This document shows positions 1 to 12,267 of a DNA stretch of 64,000 nt, piece after piece. Source of the DNA: Narcine bancroftii. Lineage: Eukaryota. How positions within the stretch are numbered: the first letter of the stretch is position 1; every line of letters starts with the position of its first letter. The DNA lies in assembly GCF_036971445.1 (NCBI RefSeq), contig NC_091469.1, forward strand, positions 207,824,001 through 207,888,000, in the 5' to 3' direction. The translations under genes were made by a program, and so were the position numbers. The notes below the pieces were generated by a model, which ran no database searches, was not told the origin of the DNA, and saw nothing but the letters and a program-made list of their open reading frames with translations.

Positions 1-20
1 AGGGGAGAGAGAAAGAGAGA

Positions 21-71
<51 letters not shown>
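1..71. repeat. (GA)n microsatellite
   Basis: Direct reading. Confidence 0.95.
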
Positions 72-74
<3 letters not shown>

Positions 75-176
75 AAGAGTTGGAAAGAGACAGAGGGTGT
101 AGAAAATGAAAAAGAATGTGCATGGGCAAACACAATGCAAAAACATACATGTGCAAACGCACACAGATCCACACGT

Positions 177-177
<1 letters not shown>

Positions 178-250
<73 letters not shown>
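178..250. repeat. (CA)n microsatellite
   Basis: Direct reading. Confidence 0.95.
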
Positions 251-253
<3 letters not shown>

Positions 254-617
254 ATGCACATGTACACATGCCTGCCCACACACACACACTGGGTGATCAC
301 AACAACACTTCCCCAATGGAGTGGAATAGCTTCCATCAGAAATTGACAATGTTCATTACTCATAGAAAAGCAAGTTTCACTTAATTTGGCAAAAGCCCTG
401 GAGTGGAAAGCAGAGGGCCAGAAAGGACAGAACCAAATCTACAGGTAGCAGGTGAGAGGAACATGTCTACCTGGAAATGGTGATGAGGTGATGTTAGGTT
501 TGGAGGCAAGACCGAGGGGGGAGGAGGAGGCAAAGAATGAGCTTAATTCAGACGTGATGTTCAGAGGCTGGACTGAGAGGAAGTGTAAATGAGATGAGGA
601 GATGTGTGTGCACTGAC

Positions 618-731
618 CTTCCAAACATTCACAGTGATATTTATTAGGTCCATCGACACACCTGGCTGCGTTCTTGCAGGGTGTGCTTGCACACTCATCC
701 ACATCGATCTGACACAAGTTACCATTGAATC
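618..731 (-). CDS. notch1-like: Notch exon equivalent to NOTCH1 exon 10 (EGF14)
   Basis: ttctcag|GA...GAAG|gtcagt; 114 nt. GFNGNLCQIDVDECASTPCKNAARCVDGPNKYHCECLE. Confidence 0.95.
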
Positions 732-1071
732 CTGAGAAGTTAAACAGAACTGGGTGACTGGGTCGGAAGCGAGACAGGGCTTGGATTGAGTAATGGGGGA
801 AGAGAGAGGTGCTTTCAGGTTTGGGGTAGGGGAAGGAGGTTCACTACTGGGGTCGAGGAGAATCATGTGTTCAGCCAGGGAGTGAGATAGTCAGTCTGTG
901 CGGTCTAACCAGAGTATTACAATTAATTCAATAAGGTGGGGGACCTGGGCAAAACATTCCAACAGCACCTGCCTCTGTCAATGTGAGGAGGAGGTCATTG
1001 GAGAGGGAGCACAAGCTTGAGGGTATATTTTATGTATGGGGCTATGGGACACAGATTTTAACTTTTTTAAT

Positions 1072-1321
1072 TTTTAAAATTTAGACAGACACCACGGTAG
1101 CAGGCCAATTTGGCCCTACGAGTCCATTCCACCCAATTTACACCCCATTAACCTAGACCCCAGGATGGGTGGGGGGAAATTGGAGCCCCCAGAGAAAACC
1201 CACACAAGACATGGGGAGAATGTACAAACTCCTTTCAGACAATGCGGGATTCGAAACCTGGTCCGGTCCTGATCGCTGGCACTTTAGAGGCGTGGCACTA
1301 GCCCCTACGCCAACCATGCCC
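1072..1321 (-). mobile_element. tRNA-derived SINE (HE1/V-SINE-like)
   Basis: Reverse complement has B-box GGTTTCGAATCC and the V-SINE-type core (gagtttgtacattctcccc...gtgggttttctc). Family recurs throughout the window. Confidence 0.75.
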
Positions 1322-1834
1322 ATCTTACAGATGCTGCTCAACCCACTGAGTTTCTACAGCAGGTTGACCCTTGGTCCAAATTCCACCCTCTGGTGTGTCT
1401 CGAGGGTTACGGTGTATTGTCCCTTGGAGTTCAATTATCTGCTGCACCTCCCCTGCATGTAACACCAGACTTAGCCCATGACAGTGAGAAAAGGTGAGTG
1501 TGTGAGAAAGAGCACATATGTTCGTGTGTGACTGAACTTTAGTGAGGGGATGTGAATGATTATATTTGTGCATTTATTATGTGAATGTAGGACCTCACAC
1601 TGACACTGACATTGACAGCAGCGTACTTGTACCTCCCAACTCTCTGCATTTACTCCTCAGACTCCATTCACACCACATTTAATATCTTATGAGCTAATGA
1701 CTGTGGTGTGGCATATGTGCCAAAGTGTGAATGAATGCAAGTTGAATGTCTGCATAGCAAATTCTAGGGTGGGATGTTTAGTAAGGCTGTGATCAAAAGA
1801 TTGCGTAAACTAATGTGCTGTGATCAAATTTCAA

Positions 1835-2109
1835 TGTATATGTGTGTGAGAGTGTTTGTGACTTTGTGTGTACATGTATATGCAGTTTGAGTGTGTGTGT
1901 GTGTGTCTGTGAGAAAGTGGAAGCACATTAGATTTTCTGTATGTGAGTGTATTTGTGAGAGGCGGTCATAAACGGGCATCTGAGTGCGACCATATGCTCT
2001 TGAATGTGTGAATGCATGCATGTTAATATGTGATTTAAAATAAATAGGAGAGTAAATGGGATTCCATGTGTGAGTACGTGTTTGTGGAGAGTGAGTGTGA
2101 GTATGAATC

Positions 2110-2157
<48 letters not shown>

Positions 2158-3100
2158 TCTACATTTGTGAATCCATACATATGCTTGCAGAAACACACAA
2201 TGCATACACACATGCCTGTCCGAGTGTGAATGCATGTGTTTGTGTGTGTCTGCATGGATATGTGTGTGTGCGAGGACGAGTATGTGAGAAAGAAGTTGCA
2301 TGTCTGGGAATGTGTGCGCGGAAGTGAGAGTGTTTGTGAAAGTGAAAGGGTGTGTGCGTGAGTGTATGTATGTGAGAGTCTCTGCAGATGAGTGTGTGTG
2401 TGTGTGTGTGGGGGGGGAAGTGAGGATTGGTATATGTGAGACAAATTGTGAGTGCAAGTGTGTGTGTTTGTGTACTTTTTCCATGTTTGCATGTGACTGA
2501 GGATGTTTTGTTTGTGTGCATGTGTGTGTCTGTATGTGTATCAGCATGTGTGTGTATGTGAATCTGGTGTTTGTGTCGGTCTGCACGCATATGTGTGTGT
2601 GCATGTGTTTCTGAGAATTGTGAATGTGTTGGTCTGTATGTATGTGTGTGGATGTGTGTGAATATATGTGTGCATTTGTGTATGTGTATGTATATATGTG
2701 TGTGTGCTTTATGTTTATGTGTGTATGTATCTTTGGCTTGGCTTCGCGGACGAAGATTTATGGAGGGGGTAAAAGTCCACGTCAGCTGCAGGCTCGTTTG
2801 TGGCTGACAAGTCCGATGCGGGACAGGCAGACATGGTTGCAGCGGCTGCAGGGGAAAATTGGTGGGTTGGGGTTGGGTGTTGGGTTTTTCCTCCTTTGCC
2901 TTTTGTCAGTGAGGTGGGCTCTGCGGTCTTCTTCAAAGGAGGTTGCTGCCCGCCAAACTGTGAGGCGCCAAGATGCACGGTTTGTGTGTGTGTGCTTGTA
3001 TGTGTATCAGTGTGTGTGAACGCGCACATGTGTGGGTGTCAGGGAAGGATGATGTGCACGCGCGTGTATCAGAGGGTGGATGAGCGTGTGCATACGTGAG
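1835..3100. repeat. Degenerate TG-rich low-complexity tract with a (GA)n block
   Basis: Direct reading; source of His/Thr and Cys/Val-rich spurious ORFs. Confidence 0.9.
2731..2984 (-). mobile_element. RTE-clade LINE, short 5'-truncated 3' end
   Basis: Near-identical to the 3' ends at 21320-21574 and 40093-40345; terminus ...cgcgaagccaagccaaag. TSD obscured by the TG tract. Confidence 0.9.
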
Positions 3101-3639
3101 TGTCATTGATTGAGTACGGGAGCTGGGGACGCGTTGCCTTCAGCCATCAGCTGCTGTACAGTGTGCTGCCTTCGCCAGCTGCTCCAGGAGAAAGGGCTGC
3201 TCGATGTAGTTGTTGTGAGGCAGCATATTCCAGCAATGTGGTGGGGCTCCATGGTTACTGAGAATGGGGAGTTGAATGGTCCTGACCTCACACTGACACC
3301 AGCCATTGACAGCCAGCGTCCCTGAACTTCACAGCTCTCTGAGATTTGCTCCTAATGCACAAAGCCCTCAGACTCCATTCAGACCACATTGCATTTCTCA
3401 GTGCACGTTTTTGTTCCTCAAGAGCCTTCTTCATTCTTTCACAAGCTCACAGAATGCCTTCACTGATTGGTCCACTCCACCAAATTCTCTTCAGCTCAGC
3501 TTGTCCTCATCATCAACTAACAGTCACTTACTCCACAACTCTTTCTCCCAAACTCTTCAAATTCCCACCTCCCCTTTATTCTTCATTTTCTTGTGTATCA
3601 ATCCACAGTTTCCTGCTGCCCATCTTCCCGCTGCCAGTG

Positions 3640-5048
3640 GGATATGTACCCCACTGAGGGACAGTGTGTATGGACCCTGTACCCCAGTGAGGGTCAGTGT
3701 GTTGGACCCTGTACCCCAGTGAGGGTAGTGTGTGTGGAACCTGTAACCTCGTGAGGGACAGTGTGTGTAGAATCTGTACCCTAGTGAGGGTCAGTGTGTG
3801 TGGACCCTGTACACCACGGACGGTCAGTGTGTGTGGACCCTGTACCCCAGTGAGTATCAGTGTGTGTGGAACCCATATCCCAGTGAGGGTCAGTCTGAGT
3901 GGAATGTGTACCCCAGTGAGGGTCAGTGTGGGTGGACTCTGTACCCCAGTGAGTGTCAGTGTGTGTGGAACCTGTACCCCAGTGAGGGTCAGTGTGTGTG
4001 GAACCTGTACCCCAGTGAGGGACAGTGTATGTGGAATCTGTACCCCAGTGAAGGTCAATATGTGTGGACCCTGTATTCCAGTGAAGGTAGTGTGTGTGGA
4101 CCCTGTACTCCTGTGAGGGTCAGTGTGTGTAGAACCTGTACCCTAGTGAGGGTCAGTGTGTGTGGAACCTGTACCCCAGTGAGGGTCAGTGTGTGTAGAA
4201 CCTGTACCCCAGAGAGGGACAGTGTATGTGGAATCTGTACCCCAGTGAAGGTCAATATGTGTGGACCCTGTATTCCAGTGAAGGTAGTGTGTGTGGACCC
4301 TGTACCCCAGTGAGGGACAGTGTATGTGGAATCTGTACCCCAGTGAAGGTCAATATGTGTGGACCCTGTATTCCAGTGAAGGTAGTGTGTGTGGACCCTG
4401 TACTCCTGTGAGGGTCAGTGTGTGTAGAACCTGTACCCTAGTGAGGGTCAGTGTGTGTGGAACCTGTACCCCAGTGAGGGACAGTGTATGTGGAATCTGT
4501 ACCCCAGTGAGGGACAGTGTATGTGGAATCTGTACCCCAGTGAAGGTCAATATGTGTGGACCCTGTATTCCAGTGAAGGTAGTGTGTGTGGACCCTGTAC
4601 TCCCGTGAGGGTCAGTGTGTGTAGAACCTGTACCCTAGTGAGGATCAGTGTGTGTGGAACCTGTACCCCAGTGAGGGTAGTGTGTGTGGAACCTGTACCC
4701 CAGCGAGGGTAGTGTGTGTGGAACCTGTACCCCAGTGAGTGTAGTGTGTGTGGAACCTGTACCCCAGTGAGGGTAGTGTGTGTGGAACCTGTACCCCAGT
4801 GAGGGTAGTGTGTGTGGACCCTGTACTCCCGTGAGGGTCAGTGTGTGTAGAACCTGTACCCTAGTGAGGGTCAGTGTGTGTGGAACCTGTACCCCAGTGA
4901 GGGTAGTGTGTGTGGAACCTGTACCCCAGTGAGGGTAGTGTGTGTGGAACCTGTACCCCAGTGAGGGTAGTGTGTGTAGAACCTGTACCCTAGTGAGGGT
5001 AGTGTGTGTGGAACCTGTACCCCAGTGAGGGTAGTGTGTGTGGAACCT
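3640..5048 (+). repeat. 33/32-bp minisatellite array (GTGAGGGTCAGTGTGTGTGGAACCTGTACCCCA)
   Basis: Roughly 40 tandem units with repeated blocks of variant units. Confidence 0.95.
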
Positions 5049-5569
5049 TGCATTCGGACAGTTGTGCATAAACATGGCACAATATTAGCCTTGAACGTTT
5101 TGAATAGTAGTACATATTTGGCAGTTTCTATATACTGATGCTGCATCTATTTGTTGTAGTCTTTAACCTGGACTTATACTGGTCTGTGCCTTTGTGGTGA
5201 AGTGAATGGGATCTGAACAGGAAAGATAATTAAAATAAAAGGGCAAGAAAATTTTGACCTAAAAAAGGGCGTCACTTGATTGTGTTGAACATAGTACTTG
5301 GCCACATAGCCATTTTATCAGTGAAATGAATAAAGTTTATTTTTTTTTACTGAAGTCATTAGTTTCACTATCCAGATTTCAGTCTCTGTGAGCAGAACCA
5401 AGTTGACAGTAGACTGATCGCTCCACAGGATGGGGGATGGGAGAGCGTGTAGGCCTTGCCTTGGCAGCTAAAGCCTGCCCGCAGGCCAGGATTAATCCCT
5501 GGCCTTGCTCACAGTACACAGAGGATGCGGTGGGGGTTGGGCCAAGGAGGAATGTTTATTGGTACCAAC

Positions 5570-5683
5570 CTGAAGGGCATTCACATTCAAACTCGTTGAT
5601 TTTGTCGATACATTTGCCCTTGTTTAAGCAGGGATTACTGCCACATTCGTCGGTATCAATCTGACAGTACAGTCCTGTGTAAC
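5570..5683 (-). CDS. notch1-like: Notch exon equivalent to NOTCH1 exon 9 (EGF13)
   Basis: tttgcag|GT...TCAG|gttggt; 114 nt. GYTGLYCQIDTDECGSNPCLNKGKCIDKINEFECECPS. Confidence 0.95.
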
Positions 5684-5816
5684 CTGCAAAGTTATAACAC
5701 ACAGAATGAACCATTTCCACACAGGCTGTTGTTGCAGGAGAATCGGAAGGTTCAGCGTGATGCTTCTGAGAGTGAGGGGAGGCAAGGGAGAAACACAACT
5801 CTGTTACCACACAGGC

Positions 5817-6016
5817 CTCCGGGGTTCAAATCCCGTGCTGTCTGTAAGGGGTTCGTTTCTTCTCCCCGTGTCTGAGTGGGTTTCCTCCGGGCGCTCCAGT
5901 TTCCTCCCACCCTTCAAAAATGTACCGGAGGTGTAGGTCAATTGGGTGTAATTGAGCAGCATGGGCTCGTGGGCCAGTGGGCCTGTTATTGTGCTGTCTG
6001 TCTAAATTTTTAAAAA
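5817..6016 (+). mobile_element. HE1/V-SINE-like SINE
   Basis: ggttcaaatccc B-box, core gtgggtttcctccgggcgctccagtttcctccca, tail gtctaaattt. Confidence 0.75.
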
Positions 6017-6115
6017 ATTGACATTGATTTTCTACACTTGAACCATTTCCTGTGGATCACAAGGCAATTTCCTGTTTACTCCCAATTCAAACTACAAGTA
6101 CAAAACAAATCATCA

Positions 6116-6566
6116 CTTTCCTCTTGTCCTCTCAGCAACCTAATCTGGCCTTACTCTTTCCAGCTCTTTCCTCTTGTCCTCTCAGCAACCTAATCTGGCC
6201 TTACTCTTTCCAGCTCTTTCCTCTTGTCCTCTCAGCAACCTAATCTGGCCTTACTCTTTCCAGCTCTTTCCTCTTGTCCTCTCAGCAACCTAATCTGGCC
6301 TTACTCTTTCCAGCTCTTTCCTCTTGTCCTCTCAGCAACCTAATCTGGCCTTACTCTTTCCAGCTCTTTCCTCTTGTCCTCTCAGCAACCTAATCTGGCC
6401 TTACTCTTTCCAGCTCTTTCCTCTTGTCCTCTCAGCAACCTAATCTGGCCTTACTCTTTCCAGCTCTTTCCTCTTGTCCTCTCAGCAACCTAATCTGGCC
6501 TTACTCTTTCCAGCTCTTTCCTCTTGTCCTCTCAGCAACCTGATCTGGCCTTACTTCCTCCAGCTC
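6116..6566. repeat. 50-bp tandem repeat, about 9 copies
   Basis: Unit ctcttgtcctctcagcaacctaatctggccttactctttccagctctttc, identical in 8 consecutive copies from 6121. Confidence 0.97.
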
Positions 6567-6734
6567 CGCACCATAACTCCAAATCTGAGGATAACCTTCT
6601 CCCTAAAAACCAACCAACCTCCTTCTTGGAATACTGAGCTGACCCCCAGCCTCAAAAGGCGACAAATGTTATGGGGAGAAGGATGGTCAATGGGGCTGAG
6701 TGGGAAAATGGATCAGCTCATGATTAATTTTTTG

Positions 6735-6972
6735 AAAATTTAGACATGCACCACGGTAACAGGTCATTTCAGCCCATCAGTCCATGCCGTCCAATTACAC
6801 CCAATTAACCTACAGCCCCAGTACACTTTGAACGGTGGGAGGAAACCAGAGCCCCAGGGAAAACTCACGCAGACTTGAGGAGAATGCACAATCTCCTTAC
6901 AGACAGCGCGGGATTCGAACCCCAGACCAAATCCCTGGAACTGTAAAGGCATGTGCTAACTGCTACGCCAAC
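6735..6972 (-). mobile_element. HE1/V-SINE-like SINE inserted into a CR1 3' tail
   Basis: Same family core in reverse; CR1 tail sequence on both sides (about 6660-6725 and 6985-7025). Confidence 0.7.
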
Positions 6973-7342
6973 TGAGTCAGGGCATACCCAATGGGCTGAA
7001 TAGCCTGTTTCTGCTCCTATATCTTTTGGATTCGAGAGCTCTTTGAAGAAGAGCAGTCCGGTTCTCAGTGGCCCAACTTTGATTGTGAAGTCAGGGCCCC
7101 AGGAAAGAATATGCTCAATCCATTTCCATTTGTTAAATCCTGCTGTTATCCTAAATGTCTCAGCCACGCCATTCCTGATAAGAAAACTCTTTATGCAAAC
7201 TGCAAGTTTACTCAGATGTAAAATTACAAACCGGCCTGAACCTGACCCATTCACAGCCAAGCAGGGAATTTAGAACCATTCTGATGCCTGTCATGACCTG
7301 AGGCTCTGGGACTGTACTCGTTAAGAGTACAGAATGATGAGG

Positions 7343-7725
7343 GGGACATCTTAGAGGCATTTTGAATGCTGAAAGGCCTGGACAGAGTAAATGTGGCAAC
7401 GATGTTTCCCATGGTAGATGAGTCTAGGACAAGAGGGCACTAGAATAAAAGGGTATCAATTTAAAACAGAGATGTGGAAACATTTCTTTAGTCAGAGCAT
7501 CATGAGTGTGTGGGGCTTTTTGCCACAGGTAGTTGTGGAAGTGAGGTCGTTGGGTGTATTTAAGGCAGATATTGACAGGTATTTGATTTGTCAGGGCATC
7601 AAGGGTTACGGGGAGAAAGCCGTGGAGTGGGGCTGAGTGGGAAGATGGGTCAGTTTGTGATTAGAATGGAGGAGCAGACTAGATGGGCCAATGGGCCTAC
7701 TTCTGCTCCTAGATCTTGTAATCCT
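7343..7725 (+). mobile_element. CR1 LINE 3' fragment
   Basis: Encodes FKTEMWKHFFSQSIMSVW (CR1 ORF2 C-terminus) followed by a CR1-type 3' UTR. Confidence 0.8.
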
Positions 7726-8125
7726 GTGAACCCAACATGTAGAATCAAGTCTTAAGCTAGGTTGGCTAACCAGACTCCTGGCATGGGTACTGAGTTCAAT
7801 TATTTTTAAAGTGTTAGCCCAGCCCAATCCAAACTCAACATCATTGTTTTTTTCTTGAGAGCAGATGCAACCAAACCTAGCATACATAAGCCAAATCAGG
7901 GGGAGGTTGAGTGGGCCAGACTCTAATGCAACTTGTCCCTGTCCCCAGTGAAACACAAAAACCTGTAGTAAAAACACAGAAATGCTGAAGAATTCAGCAC
8001 ACAAACAATTCTAAAAGTACTGACAGTACAACGTGGGTGCGGGACCACTCAGAGCTGGGATTTCAGGTTCAGCAAGGTCAGCATTTCATTGTTTTATCCC
8101 CTACCCATCCCTGGCCCTGAAAGGA

Positions 8126-9690
8126 TGATGTTGCCAGATGGGCCATTTTCCCGCCTAAATGGGCTTCTTTTGGAGATCGGCCACGGGAAAATTTGAACGT
8201 TTGTGGGTTGTGGGTGCTTGGGCCTCGTCTAAGAATTGTGTTTTTTTTTGTGAAGCAAAAGGGAGGAACAGCAGGGCAATTGTAAAAGTGGCTGGGCCAC
8301 AGTGGGGCGCTCGGAGGACCGGGCAGAGAGGTGCAGCAGCGGACTTGGAGGACCGGTCGGTGTGGTACAGAGGCAGACTCGGTGTCAGAGGACCATCACC
8401 ACCGACTAAAATCATCGAAACCTCGTGCTGCGGGTAAGCATTGGAAGTTGGAACTCGATCGAGATCGGAAGTACGGACAGAGTCTTCCCATGGCAACTGA
8501 AAATTCGTAAAATCAACATTATCTGCACCATCTCTGATTTGATATGAATGTAGAGGTGTTGACTAATAAGGTAATTTTTTTCCTCTTTTTGCCAAACAGC
8601 TTCGTTTTTGGTTGTGGGTTTAGATCTTATTTTGATGATATAATGTACCAATATAATATAATCTGATTGAGAGGGCGGGGTACCTTGGATGAAATGATAT
8701 ATCCATCTGTACTTTGCATTTTTCCAAGTGGAATTTCAATGTCAATAAAAATATTGAAAGGAAATTGCAGTAACTCCCCCTCCCATCACCCTGTCCGCTT
8801 TGGCCATTATTTGGCTGTATTAATCTATCCACTCTTGTTAGTTAACCTTCACTATTTATTCCTTTAGCAGGGTGCACCCCTCTTGGGAAAGTGGACAAAA
8901 TACAAGAAGCATTATTGTGAAACCTGGGAGAGAGAAGCCATTTTTAAGGAATGCTAATTGTTAGCAGTAGGTAAATTTCTGAGAGATCGGATATACAATT
9001 ATTTGGATACCCAGAAAATGATTAAGCATTGAGCCCTTTAAAGAACTTTATCTCAGATGAAACTTATCAAAACGAAACTGAGAAACAGAATGCAACAAGA
9101 ACTGCTGGAGGCAATATTATGTCCAGAAACAATTTCTGCTGGAACAGTTTCGAGCCAACACCATCTCTACTGAGTCATTTTACATCAGATATGTACAAAT
9201 GTTACGATAATAATTAACACTTCAACTTAGATTTCTAGATTTTTGTAGCCTTGTTTAAGACTTTTTTATATCCATAGTTATTAGATGCAGGATTTTTTTG
9301 TCAATTTGTCTGCGTGTTATTCAGGACTTTGTAGTACAGAATCTTCCATAATTAAAGGAATCCAGAGGTTTTTTTTATTGAGGCTGTGACCCTGCTGAAC
9401 CTGAAATCCCAGCTCTGTGTGGTTCTGCACCCACATTGTACTGTCAGTACTTTTAGAATTATTTGCTTGCTGAATACACTTGTTTTTATTTGCACGTAGT
9501 TATTAGTATAGAGCATTATATTTTAACTTCTGCTTGGATGTTAATTGTATTTTATTTGTTCATTAGCTCTGTATGTTACTGGCACAATGACAATAAAGTT
9601 GAATCTAATCTAATTTGCTATTTTTAGGCTGTTTGGGCTGGATTTCACACCCGGTTTGACCTTAAATATTTTGGGCATCTGGCCACACTT
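8126..9690 (+). mobile_element. Degenerate hAT-type DNA transposon with transposase C-terminal remnant
   Basis: Imperfect termini tgatgttgccagat (8126) and atctggccacact (9677). From about 9051 reads SQMKLIKTKLRNRMQQELLEAIL, resembling the hAT dimerisation motif. Nested fragments inside; no TSD seen. Confidence 0.55.
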
Positions 9691-9814
9691 GGTACATCCA
9701 AGCTGCTGCAGGTAGTCAGGAATCTGTGGGGCATGAGATCCAGACCAGACACGGATGGCAAGTTTAGTTCTCTGTGTACACATTAGTAAACCCTCCATTG
9801 GCAAGACATTGATC

Positions 9815-10430
9815 TCTGCATCAAAGAGGCTGGATGCGGACTGGGAGATCGTTTTATTGAGCACCTCGACTCTGTCCGCCGCAATAGCGTGGATCTCCCA
9901 GTGGCCACCCATTTCAATTTTCCATCCCATTCCCTGGCTGACATATCTGTCCATGGTTTCATGCACTGCAGTCTGAGACCACCTGCATATTGGAGGAACA
10001 ACGCCTCACCTTCTGTCTGGGCACCCTCCAACAGGACGGCATTTATAACGACTTCTCAGTTTTCTGCTAAAACACTGCCCCTACCATCTTCTTTCCCTTG
10101 TCTCTCCTCTCTCTCTCTCTCTCTCTCTGTTTTCCTTTTCCCTCTGTCTCCTTTCACAGAGTCAAAACCAATTCTCACCTTTCCTATCCAATTAACACCT
10201 TTTATTTGTCTGAACCCCTCCCACTCATTCTTTCCCCCTTAATCTCCCATTCTTCATTAAGATACCTGCCTGCTTTTTGCTTATACCTTGAAAAAGGACT
10301 CAGGGCCTAAACATCGGTATTAGATTTTTACCCTGTATGGACGCTGTGAGACCGGCTGAGATCCCCCAGCATTTCCGTGTGTTTTTACTACAATCACAGA
10401 CAGCATCTGCAGACTTTCGTGTTTCACTGC
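9815..10430 (+). mobile_element. Penelope-like element 3' remnant
   Basis: GIY-YIG C-terminal part (ctgggagatcgttttattgagcacc...ccagtggccacccatttcaat), pyrimidine tract and pLTR tail; homologous to 23460-24365. Confidence 0.7.
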
Positions 10431-10759
10431 ATTCATAAACCAATCAGACATAGTGACGATCATTGATGACAATTTTTGATTCTGGATTTATTTTACATTT
10501 AATAACCTTTTCTAACTTCCACCTGTGGGATTCGAACTCCCCTGTCATTGAGCACAATACTCCTTCCATTATAACCTGTCCCTCTGTTATTGAAAACCAG
10601 TGGTCCACGTGCGATTTCTCAGGCTCAGCAACCATCTCAGTTTGTTCATGTGAGCAACAACACTCAAACTCTTGGTTTCTGAATCCTCTATAAAACTGTA
10701 CCGCCAAGTTAGTGTCACCAGTCCTTCATCTTCTGCCTACTGCCTCATGTGCTCCGCCA

Positions 10760-11220
10760 TTTTGGAGAGAGGACAGAGAAGATTTACCAGAATGTTGCTG
10801 GGGTTACAGGGTCTAAGTTATAGGGAAAGGTTAAAAGTTTTTATTATTTGGAGCGTAGAAAGTTGAGAGGGGATTTGATTGAGGTATTTAAAATTATTAG
10901 GGTTATAGATAGAATTGATGTGGAGAGGCTTTTTCCTTTAAGAAAGGGGGAGATACAAAAGGACATGAGCTGAGAATTAGGGGGCAAAAGTTTAGAGGAA
11001 ACATGAGGGGAGACTTCTTTACTCAGAGAGTGTTGGGTGTGTCGAACAAGCTTCTAGACAAAGTGGCGGAGGCAGGCACGATATTCTCATTTAAGGAGAA
11101 GTTGGATATGTTTATTGGTGGGAAAGGAATGGAGGGTTATGGGTTGAGTGTAGATCAGTGGGGTTAGGTGGGAGAAAGAGCTCGGCATGGACTAGAAGGA
11201 CCAAGTTGGCCTGTTTCTAC
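10760..11220 (+). mobile_element. CR1 LINE 3' fragment
   Basis: ERGQRRFTRMLLGLQGLSYRERL motif plus 3' UTR. Confidence 0.8.
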
Positions 11221-11462
11221 ATATATATGACATTTAGATTCATCCACAGTCTGTGGTCATTGTCCTCGCACTTATTACATGACACTTTTACAAATTACAT
11301 AAGCTCTTGATTAAGTTCATGGTAACTAGGTCATTGATATAAATTAGAGACAGCAGTGATCCTTATATCCACTTCTACGTTATTGTACTCCCCACGTCCC
11401 ATTACTCCTCCCGGCCAATCCCATGCCATAGCTCATTTGTTGCCAAGGGCTTTTGCACCTAC

Positions 11463-11648
11463 CGGCCATGCAAATGCACTGGAACCTTCCAATCAGGTCA
11501 AGGCAGGTTGCGTCGTTCTGGCATGGACTGGACATGCATTCGTTGAAGTCCAGCTCACATCGAGGGCCATGATATCCAGCAAGGCACTGGCACATGAAGG
11601 AGCCTAGTGTGTTAATGCACTTCCCTGAATGTTCACAGGGGTTAGATC
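11463..11648 (-). CDS. notch1-like: Notch exon equivalent to NOTCH1 exon 8 (EGF11-12, core ligand-binding site)
   Basis: ttccacag|GA...GCCG|gtaggt; 186 nt. [63 protein letters not shown]. The EGF12 O-fucose Thr (NDATC) is retained. Confidence 0.96.
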
Positions 11649-11950
11649 CTGTGGAAGAATTCAGGGAAAAGGAACTTTAAAAGACCATCAGACAACATTT
11701 TGTGTCAACCAACACGCCTCCCGCTCCACTGCCCTACTCTCCCTCATTTCCCTTCCCTCAGCCACTTCCATGCTTTCAGAGGTTGGTGGCTTCTTTCCTG
11801 TGAGAAATCATCGAGATTTCAAGCTGGTTGTGTTTCTGGGTGTTCCATCAACACATCCCTTGAAGGAAGGTGAGCAGAATTCTACTTTGGGGTGGGAGAG
11901 CAGGATGAACACAGCAGCGCACCATGGAGAATGAAGGCTTTCCGCATTAC

Positions 11951-12106
11951 CTAAAGAACACTCATCATCATCCTGCTTGCAGGCGGTCCCTGAGAATCCT
12001 GCTGGGCACATGCAGATGGCCTTCCCATTGACAGGGTTGGTGCTGCAGTTGGCTTCCTCGTGGCAGGGGTTACTGATACAGGCATCGTCCAGGTGACATA
12101 AAAGGC
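11951..12106 (-). CDS. notch1-like: Notch exon equivalent to NOTCH1 exon 7 (EGF10, start of EGF11)
   Basis: ttctgtag|GC...TTAG|gtaatg; 156 nt. GLLCHLDDACISNPCHEEANCSTNPVNGKAICMCPAGFSGTACKQDDDECSL. Confidence 0.96.
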   Translation of the reverse strand, partial: AFYVTWTMPVSVTPATRKPTAAPTLSMGRPSACAQQDSQGPPASRMMMSVL

Positions 12107-12267
12107 CTACAGAACAGGCAAAGGAAGAGAATCAGCATGGAGAATCTATCTGAACCAAAAAAGCCATTCAGCCCATCCAGTCAATTCTTCATGTGAGCAG
12201 TATCCCAAATTCCCATTCACCCATTCCATCTATCAGTTATCCAAACCTTTATTCAGAGATTAGCTTG

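Noticed and set aside
1824-3099. His/Thr- and Cys/Val-rich ORFs
   Set aside because: Translations of CA/TG microsatellite.
3640-5048. Regular 33-bp repeats resembling a CRISPR array
   Set aside because: Units are head-to-tail with no unique spacers, there are no cas genes, and the context is a eukaryotic intron.
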